From assembly GCA_022813965.1 (NCBI GenBank), contig JALDZS010000007.1:124001-188000 (forward strand): a stretch of DNA of 64,000 bases, in the 5' to 3' direction. Of this stretch, positions 1 through 13,573 are shown one piece after another. Under the pieces are notes generated by a model that saw nothing but the letters and a program-made list of their open reading frames with translations, did no database searches and was not told the origin of the DNA. A program made the translations under genes and the position numbers. Positions within the stretch are counted from its first letter, which is position 1. Every line of letters begins with the position of its first letter. This stretch comes from Toensbergia leucococca (lineage: Eukaryota).

Positions 1-463
1 CTACACACTACCTATGGAACAGAGTACAAGAACAACATCCGTACTGAAGTCCTCGATTTTCTATGTACGCGAGTAAACATCTTTAATGAAGACTAAATTT
101 GTTAGGAGATATGCCGGCTGTTCTATTTGTTTTTATCATTTACCATGTACGAGTAGACGAAGATTCTTGTTGATGCCAGCATTGAGACTTACAACAACAT
201 CCATTAAAGAGTACGCTCTCCCGCAATACCAATTGACAAGGCCTCGCACCCGATTGAAGAGAGTAATTTCATATGCAGAGAGCACCAAACGAGCGAAGAC
301 CGCATCTATCCCATACGCCATGATAATTTCCTAGCAAAAGAACGGGACACACAATGCAATCAATGCTAATCATTAAGTCTGCCAGTTGGGGAGACTGGTC
401 CGTATTGTATCATTGGCGTAATTGTACAACCCTATACTGATCCGCTACATCATCGCCCCACTT

Positions 464-3400
464 TCAAGACGTCGTCGTTGCCTTGGCCCCATTCGCTGAA
501 GTACCCGTGTTCGAGTTGCTTGTGTCATTGTTATTCTGACCCGTGGGTTGCAAAAGTTGCATCGGGATACTCGGTAATGTCGTGAGGAATTTACCAGCCA
601 CTAGAGGGCCAGCGATCAATGCCACAAAGAGAATGAGCATCGTGAAATATAGGACTGCAGAGCGGAACACTCTACGTCTTCTTAATTTTGACTGCTTCAA
701 TGAGTAGATAGGTGGTCGGATTTGACGGCTGGGAACATATTAGTCTTGCATCATTTCGAACATCATATTCAAAGTAGACGTACCTCGGTCGAAGCCAGAA
801 CAGCATCACAGAATGAAACTTGTCGATGTATGGCATGAGGAGTAGGGGGAGCATGAGAAAGAGTAATAAGTGACCAAGCAAGAAATCGGCCGCGAACATT
901 CCGAGCTCCGTGATCTTGCAGAGAAATTCTCGCCCAGGTTGGGAAACGGAATGCCAACCCATAGCGTACCATTTACCCGTCCACCACGCAATATTCGATG
1001 AGTCTGCCTTGAACTCACGCGTGAGAGCGAGAGCGATGATCAACTTGAAGATGAAACGTTGCAAGGCGACGACAGCAATCATACCCAAGAGAGCCCTGGT
1101 AAAGTCCCACCCCTCGAGGAAGAACATAACCTCGAAGAAAGCAATCAACATGATAACGGCTACTCCATGTGCAATGGCAGCTAGGACAGATCCAAACTTC
1201 TTGCAGCACATACTGAGGAGGGGCCCCATGCAACACGCCATGCCAAACAGACCAGCCAGAACACCGGCATTGATAGCAATCGGAGCAAAAGCAACAGCAC
1301 CGACACGAATCAATGAATTGGTGGCGGTTGGATTGGTCACACCAGTCTGTGCATTAATGAACAGATAGGGTACGATGGTAACGGCCACCAATACCAAAGG
1401 CCCGATGACTTCACTGAAGAAAATGTTGGTGAAGTGGGCGCGAGGGGCGTCACCTGAGAGCTTCGACGATGGCTCCCCGATCATTTTCCGCTTGTATCCA
1501 GTGATGCGAGTCCGCGATAACCTACAAAAGGCGATCCACGAGGAGGCATGCGACCTTGAGTTGCCGCGAGATAGCCATCTGAGGAAGTCGCGATAATCAA
1601 TGAAGAAGTCATTCCATGCGAACTGGTGAGGGTTGAAGACAAAGGGAGATATGCAGAAAGCCAGTAGGGAGGCCCAGAAGTAGAGAACCCACACACCCCA
1701 GATAGTCAGCGTGGCGAAAAGTATCATCATCAGTAAACGCGCGCCGAGGTAGATAGACGGTCCTGCAAATCTTGAGAATAGGACTCCAAATGGAATGCGA
1801 GCGGTGGCAAAGCCTCGACCAGTGCCGATGTACCGTGCGCCACCAAATGATAGATCTTGGTGGAGGGAATTGGCATATATCTGGCAAACAAAGACTTCAA
1901 AGAACGGTGACAGAGACGCGAACTGCTTCCCAAGACGAGTAGCCGCACGCCAAAATCCTCGTTCCGTAAGTTCTTGTACGACCAATGGTATGAAAGAGAT
2001 GAAGAAAACGATGAAGATCGAAACGGTACAACGTGTCACCCAGGCAAGGACTGGGACAAGAGGGGCACATCCTGTAGGCTTCAAAGGATCTTTGATCGGG
2101 GTGTTTCTGTTATAGTGGCATATAATTGTCTCGTGGCGAAGTGCTCCAAGGTTAATGACACAAATCATCAGCAGCTGCACCGAAAGGATAATGAACAGGT
2201 TGTTGATGTGGAAGCCTGGGTGGGCGTAGTAAAACGACAGGAAACGATCCAGAGGAAGCTGGGTGCCAAGATAGTAGTATTCCCGAGATAGCATCTGCTC
2301 TCCCATACCAGTGCCGATTTTGGTAGTGAAATTGAGAATAGACCCAAATCCGAGATCACGACCCTTACCGCATTGGTAGAACTCACAGTGCTTTATACGT
2401 CCACCACGAAGCAATGCGTTCATGCCAGCATAGATATCTTCGTTTAGATGCAAGCCTTTCTGGGCTTTGGAAACACCACCACGTGTAGTCATGAAGATAC
2501 CATTGAGAAAATCGGGATGGCCGTAATGAAGCTTGCCTCCGATTTGTGCGAGTGTCCTCGAGAAGAGAGTACCAAACGTCTGTTCTTTTCCTGCAGCAAC
2601 GTCGCCCAGAATGCCAATGTTCTCTGAGAAAATATACTCGCGAGCGCCTAGAATGGCGACGGGGTTTGTCTTGACAGGAGCGAGTCCGGGAGTATATGGT
2701 GACACGTTATCCGAAGTCATCTCTTCGAATTCTGCGAGAACGCTTCGGATCTTCAAACATTCCTCGAGGTAGTTATCTTGGTTGGCGTCGATGAGTTGAA
2801 TATACTCACCACGATAGAAAACGATCGAGTGATTTTGGTTGTCTGATTTGCCATCGCCGAGAATAGGATTTCCAGAGAGTTGAATGCGGAACTTGGGCCG
2901 ACGCATGCCATTCTCCATGAGTTCAGAATGACCGTCGATCAAAGCAGAGTATAGACGAGGCTCGTCGCCTTCATTGACAGGTGGTTCTTCGTCGAGATAG
3001 GCAATTTGAAGATCGGGATAAGCGCGAAGAAGAAACTCGGTATTCTCTCGCTCTTCCTTATTGAACTTGGCATATCGCTGCATTGATACCACGATCTTGA
3101 ATTTGCGTCGCGCCATGCGTTCAAGCTCACGCTCTAGCTTATCCGAATTCCCTCCGAACATCTGTACCACTTCTGGATTTTCAACGCGGTACAAGAGCTT
3201 TATCGCCCTACTGTAGTTCATAAAGCCAGAGATAGTCCGGTACAGTGTTTGAGAACGGAGAGAAGCCCAAATTCTAGTGCGTAGTGTATATTCAGGTGCG
3301 GCTGACTTGAAACCAATGCAATAGAATGGAAGATCGTCAATCTTGCTCTTCACAGTATCTTTCTCGCTCTTCTCATAGTCACCATTAAATTGAGATGTCT

Positions 3401-6345
3401 CATCGGCAAGGATTTTGGTGTCCTTGACGAAACAATCCCATTCGTGTGGATGCAGTTGTTTAAGGTATTCCAAAAGCGTTACTCTTGAATATGGCTCGTC
3501 TTCACGAATAATTTCCCTTAGAGAAAGGAGAATCTTTTCACTATAATGGGGAATCAAGACTGTGAAGGTTGGCATATTGTCGACCGGAAGGGGTTCTGGG
3601 ATAGGCGTGGATAAAGATTGAGCAAAGAAGGATATACGCCGTTCAGCTTCACTTCGAGTCGGAAAGAACTCTGTCTTGAAGGAATGATCTTCCTGAGAAA
3701 CAAAGAACGTAGGTGCCCGTAGGGTTCGCTTTCCTTCCTGCTCCGAGGGAACCTGATGATAAAGTAGTTTCTGCACATGGTCGATAGCCAGGAGGTGCTC
3801 TCTGTACATGGAAATGACGATAGCATTCCAGATCTGAGAGATAAGCACCTTTGGTTTGTACTTGATTTCCATGTCCGTGGTTGCAAGGATTTTCGAGTAA
3901 ATCCTCTTTGGCAACCGGGAGAAAATGTTCCTCCATGGTGTCCAGATCGAGACACCGAGGTAGAACGAGCGAGCCACGGAAAAGATGGTGTTCCAGATGA
4001 TGTACCACAAATACGTGTCAAGAAAGAAGAGGATCAAATCGGTGAAGAACATCAGTCCGAGTAAAATCTTCGGTTGAGCTTTGCACAGAACATCGCCAAA
4101 CAGTTTATCCCCAGCACACTTACTGATGTGGTACGTCGATAAATAGCGGATTGAATCACGGAGTGACAGGGTCAGGAAGAAGTAAGACTCTGCCAGTTTG
4201 GCGGCGAACACCAAGACCCAAAGACCATAAGACATCCACATATCATTACCGTGGAGGCGTGGCCAACTAGCAGTAAAGGTTTGACTAGCCACGTAACGTC
4301 GGGAATTCTTCGTTAGGTAGCTGCCAAATAGACCACCCAACGGCATGATTGCGAAGAAGGCAAATGTGACGAGTGCAACGAAGAACTGGACAATGCCAAG
4401 AATAAGAGCAATTTTGGTATCCTGGCTGATCCCAAAAATGTAGACACTGGGTGCAATGTTGACCGCAAAGATTCCTAGGAGGAAGAACAATCGCTTTGTT
4501 AGATGTTGAGCACCAGCCCAACGGCGGGGAACATAGGCCCATTCAGTAATTGTGGCGAATATCATGATCAGGGAAGCCAAAGTACCACCTAGGCCAACGG
4601 CTGACCACTGTGCTGCGCCTTTTGGCGGATTGTCTTCCTGCTGCTGATAATGCCGAGTATACAGCGTTGGAGAGTTGAATGAGGTGTAAAACCAAAACAT
4701 AGTAAGATGAATGACCCAGATTCGATTGAAGTTAACCAGCATGTGGAACCAGGATCTAGTCTCTTTGTAAGTCTTGAAGAAGACTTTTTTCCAGGCTACT
4801 TCTCTCAATTTCAGATATCTCTCCGCAGGAGGCACATCAACAAGTCTGGATTTGTCTTCCATGACGATTCGTTCGATACCTTCCGGATACCAGAAGAGCT
4901 GGTTGATATCGTCGTAACCGATAATCTTGTTATGGTCTTTCTCTCGTCGAACATATTTTCCATCAAAGATCTCGAAACCTTGGTCTCTGTAGTACTGGTA
5001 CAAAGGCGTTATTACGGTGTTGAGGTAGGTGAATTCTTCGACAGGTTCAACACGATTCTGGCACTCCGGCGACACAAGATAATCGTGTGCGCATTTAAAG
5101 ATGAAGCACAGGCATTCGGGCATAAAACGAACTTGATTAGCTTCACCCCAGCACAACAGGAACAATGCCACTTGCCGAACACGATCGTGTTGCGACATTC
5201 GATTCATCCGAGTCTTCCACCGGATCTCCGCAGCTTCTAGGCTATCGTCACCTTCAAGGCCTTCCAGTGCTGCATCCTCTCCTTGAGCAGCCGCTTCAGC
5301 CTTCTGCTTCGCTGCCTTGCGAGCTTTTCTGGTCCTTCGGTTTGTCTTGCCCAACTTCATGTTGGCAAACCCAACGGCATCATCCAAATCCAGATGAGCG
5401 GCAAAATACCAACGTCGATAGTTAGCGTTGTCTCCCCCAATGTAGTCTGCGTGAAGGGATAGCAAAGCTTGATTAGGTGTCATACGAGATGCGCGAGAGT
5501 CAAGCAAAGTCATGAGATGGTCGTACATGTTTCTCATACTGTCCCGCTGGAACCCGAATTTTGCGGTCAAATCAAGGAAAATATCCTCAACCTCTTCTTT
5601 CGACAATGGAATTTGTGCGTCGGACGTCCAAGCAGGGTATGGTTCTCTAGACCGTTGTCCAGCTGGAAGGACATTGCCGTAGTCCATGTTGTATACAGGG
5701 GTTGATGCACCAGAAGAACGGTTAGCCCCGTATGAAATCTGCGAAGATGGTGGCCGGTATCCGCGTCCACCATTCTGACCGTCGTTATAGCTGTTGTAGC
5801 GCTCATCCCCACGGCCATAGTAGTCCATCTCAGCAGCTCGAGCCATATCAGACCTCATGGTGAAGTCACTGAAGGTCTCCGAGTCCTCTTCCGAATCATG
5901 GCCACGTCGTTTAGGTTTTTGCCTATACTAAGATTAATTGCTGTAACGATTGACGAAAGATATGAGTACGAACGCGTAGCCGCCTTGTCCATACTGAGGT
6001 TGCTGGCCAGCAGCAGGGGCGCCTTGATCGTAGTACTGGTCATTGTAGTACTCATCCTGATCGCCTTGTTGGTGACCCTCGTAGTATCCGCCCTCTTGTT
6101 GGTATGGATTGTTGGCATCCGCATTGTAATATCCACTATAATATGTAAATAGGGAGTAAAACTCGCGCAGACTAATCAACGTACGACTCGTCATAGTAAC
6201 CATCTCCAGCGTGCTGCTGTTGAGGATACTCTTGATGCTGTTCGTAGTATGCTTGGTTATGATCCTCTTGATAGTATGAGTCCGTTGCTTGCGGCTGCTG
6301 GCCGTAGCCATCGTCATAGTGGCCTCCTTGAGGATGACTCGACAT
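464..6345 (-). CDS. FKS1: 1,3-beta-glucan synthase catalytic subunit (4 coding exons)
   Basis: ORF 672-5858 has Fks1 motifs ([68 protein letters not shown]). ATG at 6345 ([14 protein letters not shown]). Introns at about 6136-6184, 5923-5973 and 731-784. Last exon [20 protein letters not shown] ends at TGA 464-466. Confidence 0.97.
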
Positions 6346-6347
6346 GA

Positions 6348-6527
6348 TTAAAGGGTATTAAGGTAATAGGTTTCGACTAAAGAGTTGTAAGTCAATGTAT
6401 TTAGAAAACAAAGGGTGCAGGCAATTGATGACAATGGCCATGTAAACAGGAAACATGGCAGATGTTACTTCGAACAAGATCAAACAATCGAAAATTATGT
6501 AAATAAACTTACTCATGTGCTATCCAT
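6348..6527 (-). promoter_or_regulatory. FKS1 5' leader: putative intron 6377-6512 and two overlapping uORFs
   Basis: Minus strand has donor GTAAGT at 6512, branch-like ATTGAC and acceptor CTTTAG at 6377. uORF1 is MDST* (6527-6513). uORF2 is MIETYYLNTL* across the intron, ending 2 nt before the FKS1 ATG. Confidence 0.55.
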
Positions 6528-8446
6528 GGATCTGACTATTACTAAGAGATGTTGCAGTTGATTGCGCGTAGGAGAGAAGCTGGATGTGTCGCGTGGAGGA
6601 TAACGAACGAGTGAAAGGGGGCTGATGGGAGGGATGGTGCGACGTGTTAGACTCTCAGATTCAACAAGATCCCACTTCGATCAATGACAAGACGTGTTCC
6701 AAAGATCAAAGACGGTCTTATTGAAGATGTATGTGACGGGTGGTCTGCAGTTGCAGTTGTTGATTCTTTCAACGATAGTGGAGGAAAAAGGAAGGTTTGC
6801 GCGGTTGCTCCTCACTACCAATCTCGCCAGTGGTACAGAGGTCGATAAGAAGCACTTCACGAAGACTCGGTCGAAACACTTACAACCTCGAGCGAGCGAA
6901 AGAAACCGCCAGCAATGAGGACAGGTCGATTGATTGAGGGATGCAGGTAAAGAAAGAGTGTGCCTGTGAAGGAATAGTGTAGGGAGAACTTTAGAAGCTT
7001 GGGGAAAAGGGTGAGGGCGAATGCAAGACCTGCCTAACACTAGAATACGGAGTACGCAGTACCCTGGTCCCTCTTCCTTACAAGTGCAGGTAAATTACAC
7101 GGCCACCGAACAGGCTGTATCTTCGTAATGATGTTGGGCCACTCCTGAACGGATCGAAGGTGCTGTCTAACAGGTCCAATGCATTATACCATCACAAAAC
7201 AAGGCATTCAACTATGGCTTTTTACTATCTACAGCCGTCTACAGCCATGATCTCGCCTCAGTCCCAAGGGCTGTCGAAGCGTGGCGGTCCCTTTCAAACG
7301 TCCACGGCAACGGCGCGTACTCTGCATCCGTGATCTACCTCCTTCCCTGCAATCTGTGAAATTACATGTACGAGTACGTCTTCTAGAATAAGTAGAGTAT
7401 TCATCGACCATGCTGCTGTTACCTATTGAGCTGCACCTTCTAGCAGCGACGATCATAGACCTATATCGCAATGAGTTTTTGGACAACGTGTTCTGTCGAT
7501 CCTGTTCAATAATAGCCTTCCTATGAATCCAATCCTCATTCCCAGCACATAGGATGAAGACTTCTAAGCTTAAAATAGCACTCGAAATGACACATCCTGG
7601 ACTGGATGTGGCAAGCCAAACTCTAAGCGACTGACCGAAACACCACTGACACTAAGGTAGTTCTATCATCAAGGTACCGACCCTGCAAAACATCGACCTG
7701 GCAACTCAAACCGGGAGAAGAAAAAGGGGGGCTCCGTCAACCTTGAGCCAATCAAGCTTTTCACCTTTAGCGTGCCTTACGAACAAGCTGTGCTAAAGAA
7801 AGTGCGTTCGCTACTGTAAGGTAGGTAGGTACCTTAGGTACCGTAGGTGTCTGCTGAAGATCACCCCCCCACTTGGAGCAAGGATGGATTACCATGATTG
7901 AATCAATTGGACAGTGTCGCAGTAGAAATCCTCCCAGTCAGAGTGCCTCAGGAGCTGTAGTAGTCTACATCTCAAAGGAATGAAGCTTTTCGTCGTACTC
8001 TAGTTGCCACATATCTTCAACTTGATTGCGCGTCGTGTCACCAGATTGAAGTACGAGTATTGGTTCAGATGAGCCACGGTTGCTTCCATTCGGACGCTTG
8101 TGTAGCTTAGTATTGTAATTTAAGCTCCCTTTCATGCCTTTGCCGATTATCCCCTTATCCATCGCTCCAGGGAGTACAGCATCTTCAACTTACAGTATCA
8201 CCATCAACATTCTTCTGACATTCGTTTCACTTCTGTCGCTCATTGCAGCTCGACTCCCGTAGCCTGCCTTCACATCCCTCATTGATACTCCTTCGCTGGG
8301 GCTTATTGAGGACACTTCTCCTTTTGCGGTAGCCAATTTAATTCGCTCTGTTTTGATTCTTAGCAACTCATTCATCAACAACTACCCACGTCGTACCAAC
8401 GCGTAACCCTATCTTCAACTCACGAACAATTATCCATTGCAACATA

Positions 8447-10324
8447 ATGAAGGGCATTGGCCTTATCTCCTCGGTGCTAGCAGCTACTGTTTTCTTGGCC
8501 TCATCTGTTGTTGCTGCTGACGTCGACCCGATCGTTATCAAGGTCTGACATCCACCTGAGAAGAGTAGTCAAGGTAACCAGTAGCTGATCGACTTGTGAT
8601 CTCTAGGGAACCAAATTCTTTTACAAGACAAATGGGACAGAGTTGTGAGTGGCACACCACTCCCTCGAACCATTTATATCAGTCGCTGACCTGTACCCGT
8701 AAAGTTTCATCAAGGGAGTTGCGTATCAACGTCAGTCATTCGCGAGGCTATTCATGTTGCTTCTCCTGATCTTTTAACAGAGGGTGTATCGAGCAATGGA
8801 ACTACAACCACCAATAGCTCATACGTGGATCCCTTGACCGTTCCTTCTGGCTGTCAACGAGATATTCCCCTCCTCCAAGAGCTTTCAACGAACACCATCC
8901 GAGTATATGCTATCAACCCAGATGAAGACCACTCAGAATGTATGCAGATGTTGCAAGATGCTGGCATATATCTTCTTGCGGATTTGTCGGAACCTGACCT
9001 CTCCATAAACCGAGATTCTCCAGAATGGAATGATCAGCTCTACGCCCGATATACTAGTGTGATTGATGCCCTACAGAACTATACTAATGTTCTGGGCTTC
9101 TTCGCGGGTAACGAAGTATCGAACACTGCTAATACGACCGCCGCGAGTGCCTTCGTCAAAGCTGCAGTCCGAGACATGAAGGCCTATATCAAGCAGAAGA
9201 ATTACCGGACCATCGGTATTGGATATGCTACCAATGATAATGCGGACATCCGAACCAATTTGGCTGACTACTTCAACTGTGGTCCTGCTCAGAACAGCAT
9301 TGACTTTTGGGGCTATAACATCTATTCGTGGTGTGATCCATCATCGTACTCGGAGTCTGGATGGGACGTTCGAACCGAGGAATTTTCCAATTATTCCGTC
9401 CCGGCATTTTTCGCGGAATACGGTTGTAATACTCCGGTTGGTACACCTCGAAAATTCCAAGAAGTTGGTACCCTTTATGGAACTGAGATGACTCCTGTAT
9501 GGTCTGGTGGCATCGTCTACGAATATTTCCAGGAAGCCAATGAATTTGGTGAGTTCCTTCCTGTCCCATCCCTCGCGCCTCTTGCAACCTAACCTACCGT
9601 AGGACTTGTTTCTATTGATGGCAGCTCTGCCAGCAAACTTCCTGATTTCACATCATTGTCTAGTCAACTCGCCCAGGTCACCCCGAGTGGCCCTAATTCG
9701 GCTTCGTACACCCCGACCAATACCGCAGCTCAAGCCTGCCCTACTGTCGGTGCCGATTGGGAAGCCTCAGATAACCTACCTCCAACTCCTAACGCACAAC
9801 TATGCAATTGCATGATTCAGAACCTCACATGTGTGGCCAAGTCAGGGCTGAGCGATACTGATGTTGAAAGTTTGTTCGGCGAAGTTTGCGGCCTCGATAA
9901 CGGTGCCCCATGTGTTGGTATCACGCCCAATGCTACCACGGGTGTCTATGGAGCGTTCGGAATGTGCAATGCTACGCAGCAGCTCTCCTACGCTTTCAAC
10001 GCCTACTATCTACAGCAAATGAGCAGTAACTCCGGAAACACCGATGCTTGCGATTTTAAAGGTTCCGCATCAACACAAAGTCCTGCATCTCCATCTGGAA
10101 CGTGCTCATCTCTATTGAGTCAAGCTGGGGCCGCTGGTACGGGAACAGTAACTTCGGTGCCTTCAGGTACTAGCTCCAGCAGTGGCAGTTCCTCGTCATC
10201 TACGTCCACCAAGAAGAGTGCTGCTGGTACTGTCACCGTTCCAAACTTCAGCCTCGGGATGGTTCAGCTTGGTTTGTACGTTACTGTTGCAGCGCTGGTC
10301 GGTGCAGGGATGCTGCTATTGTAG
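8447..10324 (+). CDS. GH72 1,3-beta-glucanosyltransferase (GEL/GAS family) with Cys-rich X8/CBM43 domain and GPI signal
   Basis: Signal peptide [13 protein letters not shown]; small exons give [29 protein letters not shown]. Core motifs [22 protein letters not shown] and [12 protein letters not shown] are present, then a Cys-box, Ser/Thr linker and hydrophobic C-terminus. Confidence 0.95.
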
Positions 10325-10828
10325 AGAAACCCGTCTTTTTTCCCGTTCGTGCTTGGGCAGTGATGGACCGGTATCTGGGGCTGAGCATTGTTCGAATTAC
10401 ATAGATGGCGGAATGACTTTTCTGTTGAGCCAAGGGCGTATTGATCACGGCGACGGCAGATTTCTGTCTTCTTTTTTCGTTACATGGCATAAGTAATACA
10501 GTGCATGCAAAAAACGCGCCTTCATTCAAAGCCACTCGGCCAGCTGTGTTTGTGATGAGTCCACGACACACACCGAGCCCTAATGACTTTACAGTAATGT
10601 TCCGATAAATGTAAGGCATTTATCATCCGTTGTGAAGACAGTAAGGCAGATAGGAGTCAAGAACACAGAAGTTGTGTAAACAAGCGTTGCTCTAGCGACC
10701 AGGACTATTGATCGCCCGTTGGCTCAGGTGGTAAAGCTTTTTGATAATTAGGACTAGGCGCACTCTGTATGTCTGTTACCAACCACAAAGGCTGAAACAG
10801 GTAGAAGGACTGCGGATCGCTTTCTGAT

Positions 10829-12857
10829 ATGGCTAGGCTACATGAAGAGGATGGTAGTGGCGACGAATTACCAGAGCTGTCAACCATCATGGCTTCTTAT
10901 GGAAAAAGTCTTTTGAAGGAGCCACTGTCTGCAAAGACACCGGGCAAGGCATCCAAGAAAGAGCAAGAGGATGGAAAGTACCGTTTCCAGGCGCCGGCAG
11001 GATTTACAGGACCCTCCTGTGATGAGAGGCAATCCCGAAAACAAAGGCCCCTCAGTGTTAGCCTTGTCAATTCGTTGTTGCTCCCCATTTCAGATAGCTT
11101 GACAAAGTCTCCAAACCAAAAGTTCTCGGATCCCAAAAACTTGACATGCAAGAGGGCCGTGAGGTCGACCCCAAGAAGGACAATCAAGCCTGCTCTGGAA
11201 TACAACGCTTCCAGTTCTACTGATGGTGACACATCCGACTCGGAAACGGCTGCGACATTTGACGACTTGTCCGATTTCATAGTTGATGACTCTACCACTG
11301 ACGCAGAGGCCCAGCCGATCCAGCCGACGCGGTCTTCGAAGAAACTTCATCGTCGCTCACGAAAGGAACCCAGACTAGGGCCAGAAAAGTCTCTATCAAC
11401 AGCAAATAATCAATCCTTTGTCGAAAGAATTCGATATCCAACCGTTGTTGATCTAACATCGCCAACGAGAGACTCATCAGTTCCCAATAGTGCCAATGCT
11501 GCCATCGAGCCTACATCCGTGCCTTTGGATCAGGCACCGTTTGCGGACCCCTTTGATGAGAATCCCTTCGCCCAAATAAGATTGTGAGCTATCCTAGCAA
11601 ATGCCTCTGTTCACAATACTAACATACCAAGCTCTCCGCCCCGGTCCAAAACCCCCCACAAGCTCATTACCCCTCCCTCAAGCCCATCAAAATCAAAGTC
11701 ACAATCTCCATCCAAATCACACCGCATTCCCCCCTCTCCCCATCGGCCCAGCATTGACGCCTTCTGGAGCCAAGAGATTATCAACGAGTGGAACGATCAA
11801 TACTCACCCACAAAGACGCCCAAATCCAGACACGCAGGACACCTCTATCCCCTAGAAGAGGACTCGGAGGCCGACATACCGCTCCCGCTTTCGCCTCGGA
11901 AAAGCCTCGTCAAAAAAGACAAGGAAGCTCTCCAAAGACACAAAGCCTTCAATGAGAAAAAACAAAGCTTGGCGACTTCTTTCCTGAAAGAGCTAGACGA
12001 GGCCCTCACCAAAGGCCAAGTCGCCTCGTTAGCAGCATCTGCAGGAGGCATCCGTATCATCTGGAGCAAAAAGCTCAGTTCCACGGCTGGGCGGGCGAAT
12101 TGGAAAAGGGAGACAGTACGATCTAAGAGCGCCAATGGTAGTATTACAGACACAACTCACAGACACCACGCCTCAATCGAGCTTGCAGAAAAGGTCATTG
12201 ACGACGAAGGTATGTAACAAGCGCACCCCTTGTCTACCCATAAAAAAACTCACTTACACCCTTTCCCCTTCTTCACAGACCGCCTAGTCAACGTCCTCGC
12301 ACACGAGTACTGCCACCTAGCAAACTTTATGATAAGCAACATAAAAGATCAACCCCACGGCCCATCCTTCAAACAGTGGTAACCTTCCCCTCCCCCTTTT
12401 TCCCGCCGCCACTAATTCGCCCTCCCCTGCCTAAAGGGCCCAAAAAGCCACTCTCGCCTTCCCCCACCGCTCCATAACCGTAACCACAAAACACGCCTAC
12501 ACAATAAGCTACAAATACACCTGGACCTGCACCAACGCCCTCTGCGCACATCAATACAATCGCCATTCCAAATCCATCGACCCAACGCGGCACTCGTGCG
12601 GCGCATGCAAGTCCAAACTCGTGCAAGTGCGGCCGGTGCCCCGGGCGATGGGAACGGCAACGGCGGGAGGAAAAGTGAGCGCGTATCAGGAATTTGTGAG
12701 GGAGCATTATGGGAGAGTTGTGAGGGAAAATGCGGGCTTGGGAATGGGGGAGGTCATGGGAATTCTGGGGAGGGAATTTCGGGAGGGGAAAAGGGGAGGA
12801 AGGGGGGAGATGGATTCGGTGGCGCGGAAGTTGGATTTTTTGAGCTTGGGGGGTTGA
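10829..12857 (+). CDS. SprT-family metalloprotease with disordered N-terminus, Zn-binding motif and C-terminal HMG-like helix (GCNA-like)
   Basis: Spliced model (introns about 11584-11631, 12210-12278, 12379-12436) gives WSKKLSSTAGRA, IELAEKVIDDE, LAHEYCHLA (HExxH), PHGPSFKQW, WTC..C..RHSKSID...CGAC and SAYQEFVREHY. Confidence 0.85.
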
Positions 12858-13573
12858 TGGGATTTGGTCTCTTTTCCTTTTCTCGGGCTGTGTATATAAG
12901 TTTTCTCGAGAGAAGGAGCTGGATCTTTCGGGATGTACGTTTCGAGCCTAGTGGTACTTCAACGCCTTTCTGCTTTTCCTCCTACTTTTGCGCCTAGAGA
13001 AAAGCGACACACATCCTTCAGACCTTGCGCCTCAGAAAAGGACAGAAGCTCGATTCCTCCCTTTTTCCGGGAGGGCAGTTGGGTATGGCAGAGAGAATGT
13101 GGATATGGGACGAGGGGGAAAAGCTGTGAGACGGAGGATTTGGAAGATAGGGAGGGTGGAGGATCTATGATGGAGATACGGACGAATAAAGAGACGTCAA
13201 GGAACGAAAGAGTAGGCGCAAGAGCAGTCACGCAATAGCACGCATGAGTCTGAATGTACCAGCACAAAACTCTGCACTACATCCCTCTTCTTTGGGTTCT
13301 TTTCTACTAGCTCCTAAAGGCCGTGACCCCATAGCACCAACGCTTGCAACAATAACGTTGTCAAGACGTAATCCCACGAATCCATCTGAGTAAGGGGGTG
13401 ACGAGCCTTGGAATCTTACGATGCCCCTATCGATCTAATTCTATACCCCCTTAGCCTATTCGCTCCCACCCATAACGCCCAAACACCCCCTCCCCTTATC
13501 GCCAATAACGCCGATTTCCCATGTTGTTCCCCCAGACACTCAAAGTTGCTAATCTCCTCCGCAGACGAGATTA

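Noticed and set aside
910..5705. Many 60-180-aa plus-strand ORFs over FKS1, and similar antisense ORFs over MSH2, RPC1, ACO1, RRP6 and GPI1
   Set aside because: Antisense or alternate-frame shadows of long conserved CDSs, with no recognisable motifs.
7817..7848. TAGG/GGTA-type runs here and near 26963, 39184, 43156 and 60281
   Set aside because: Short low-complexity motifs of a kind common in ascomycete intergenic DNA; no spacers, so not CRISPR, and not telomeric arrays.
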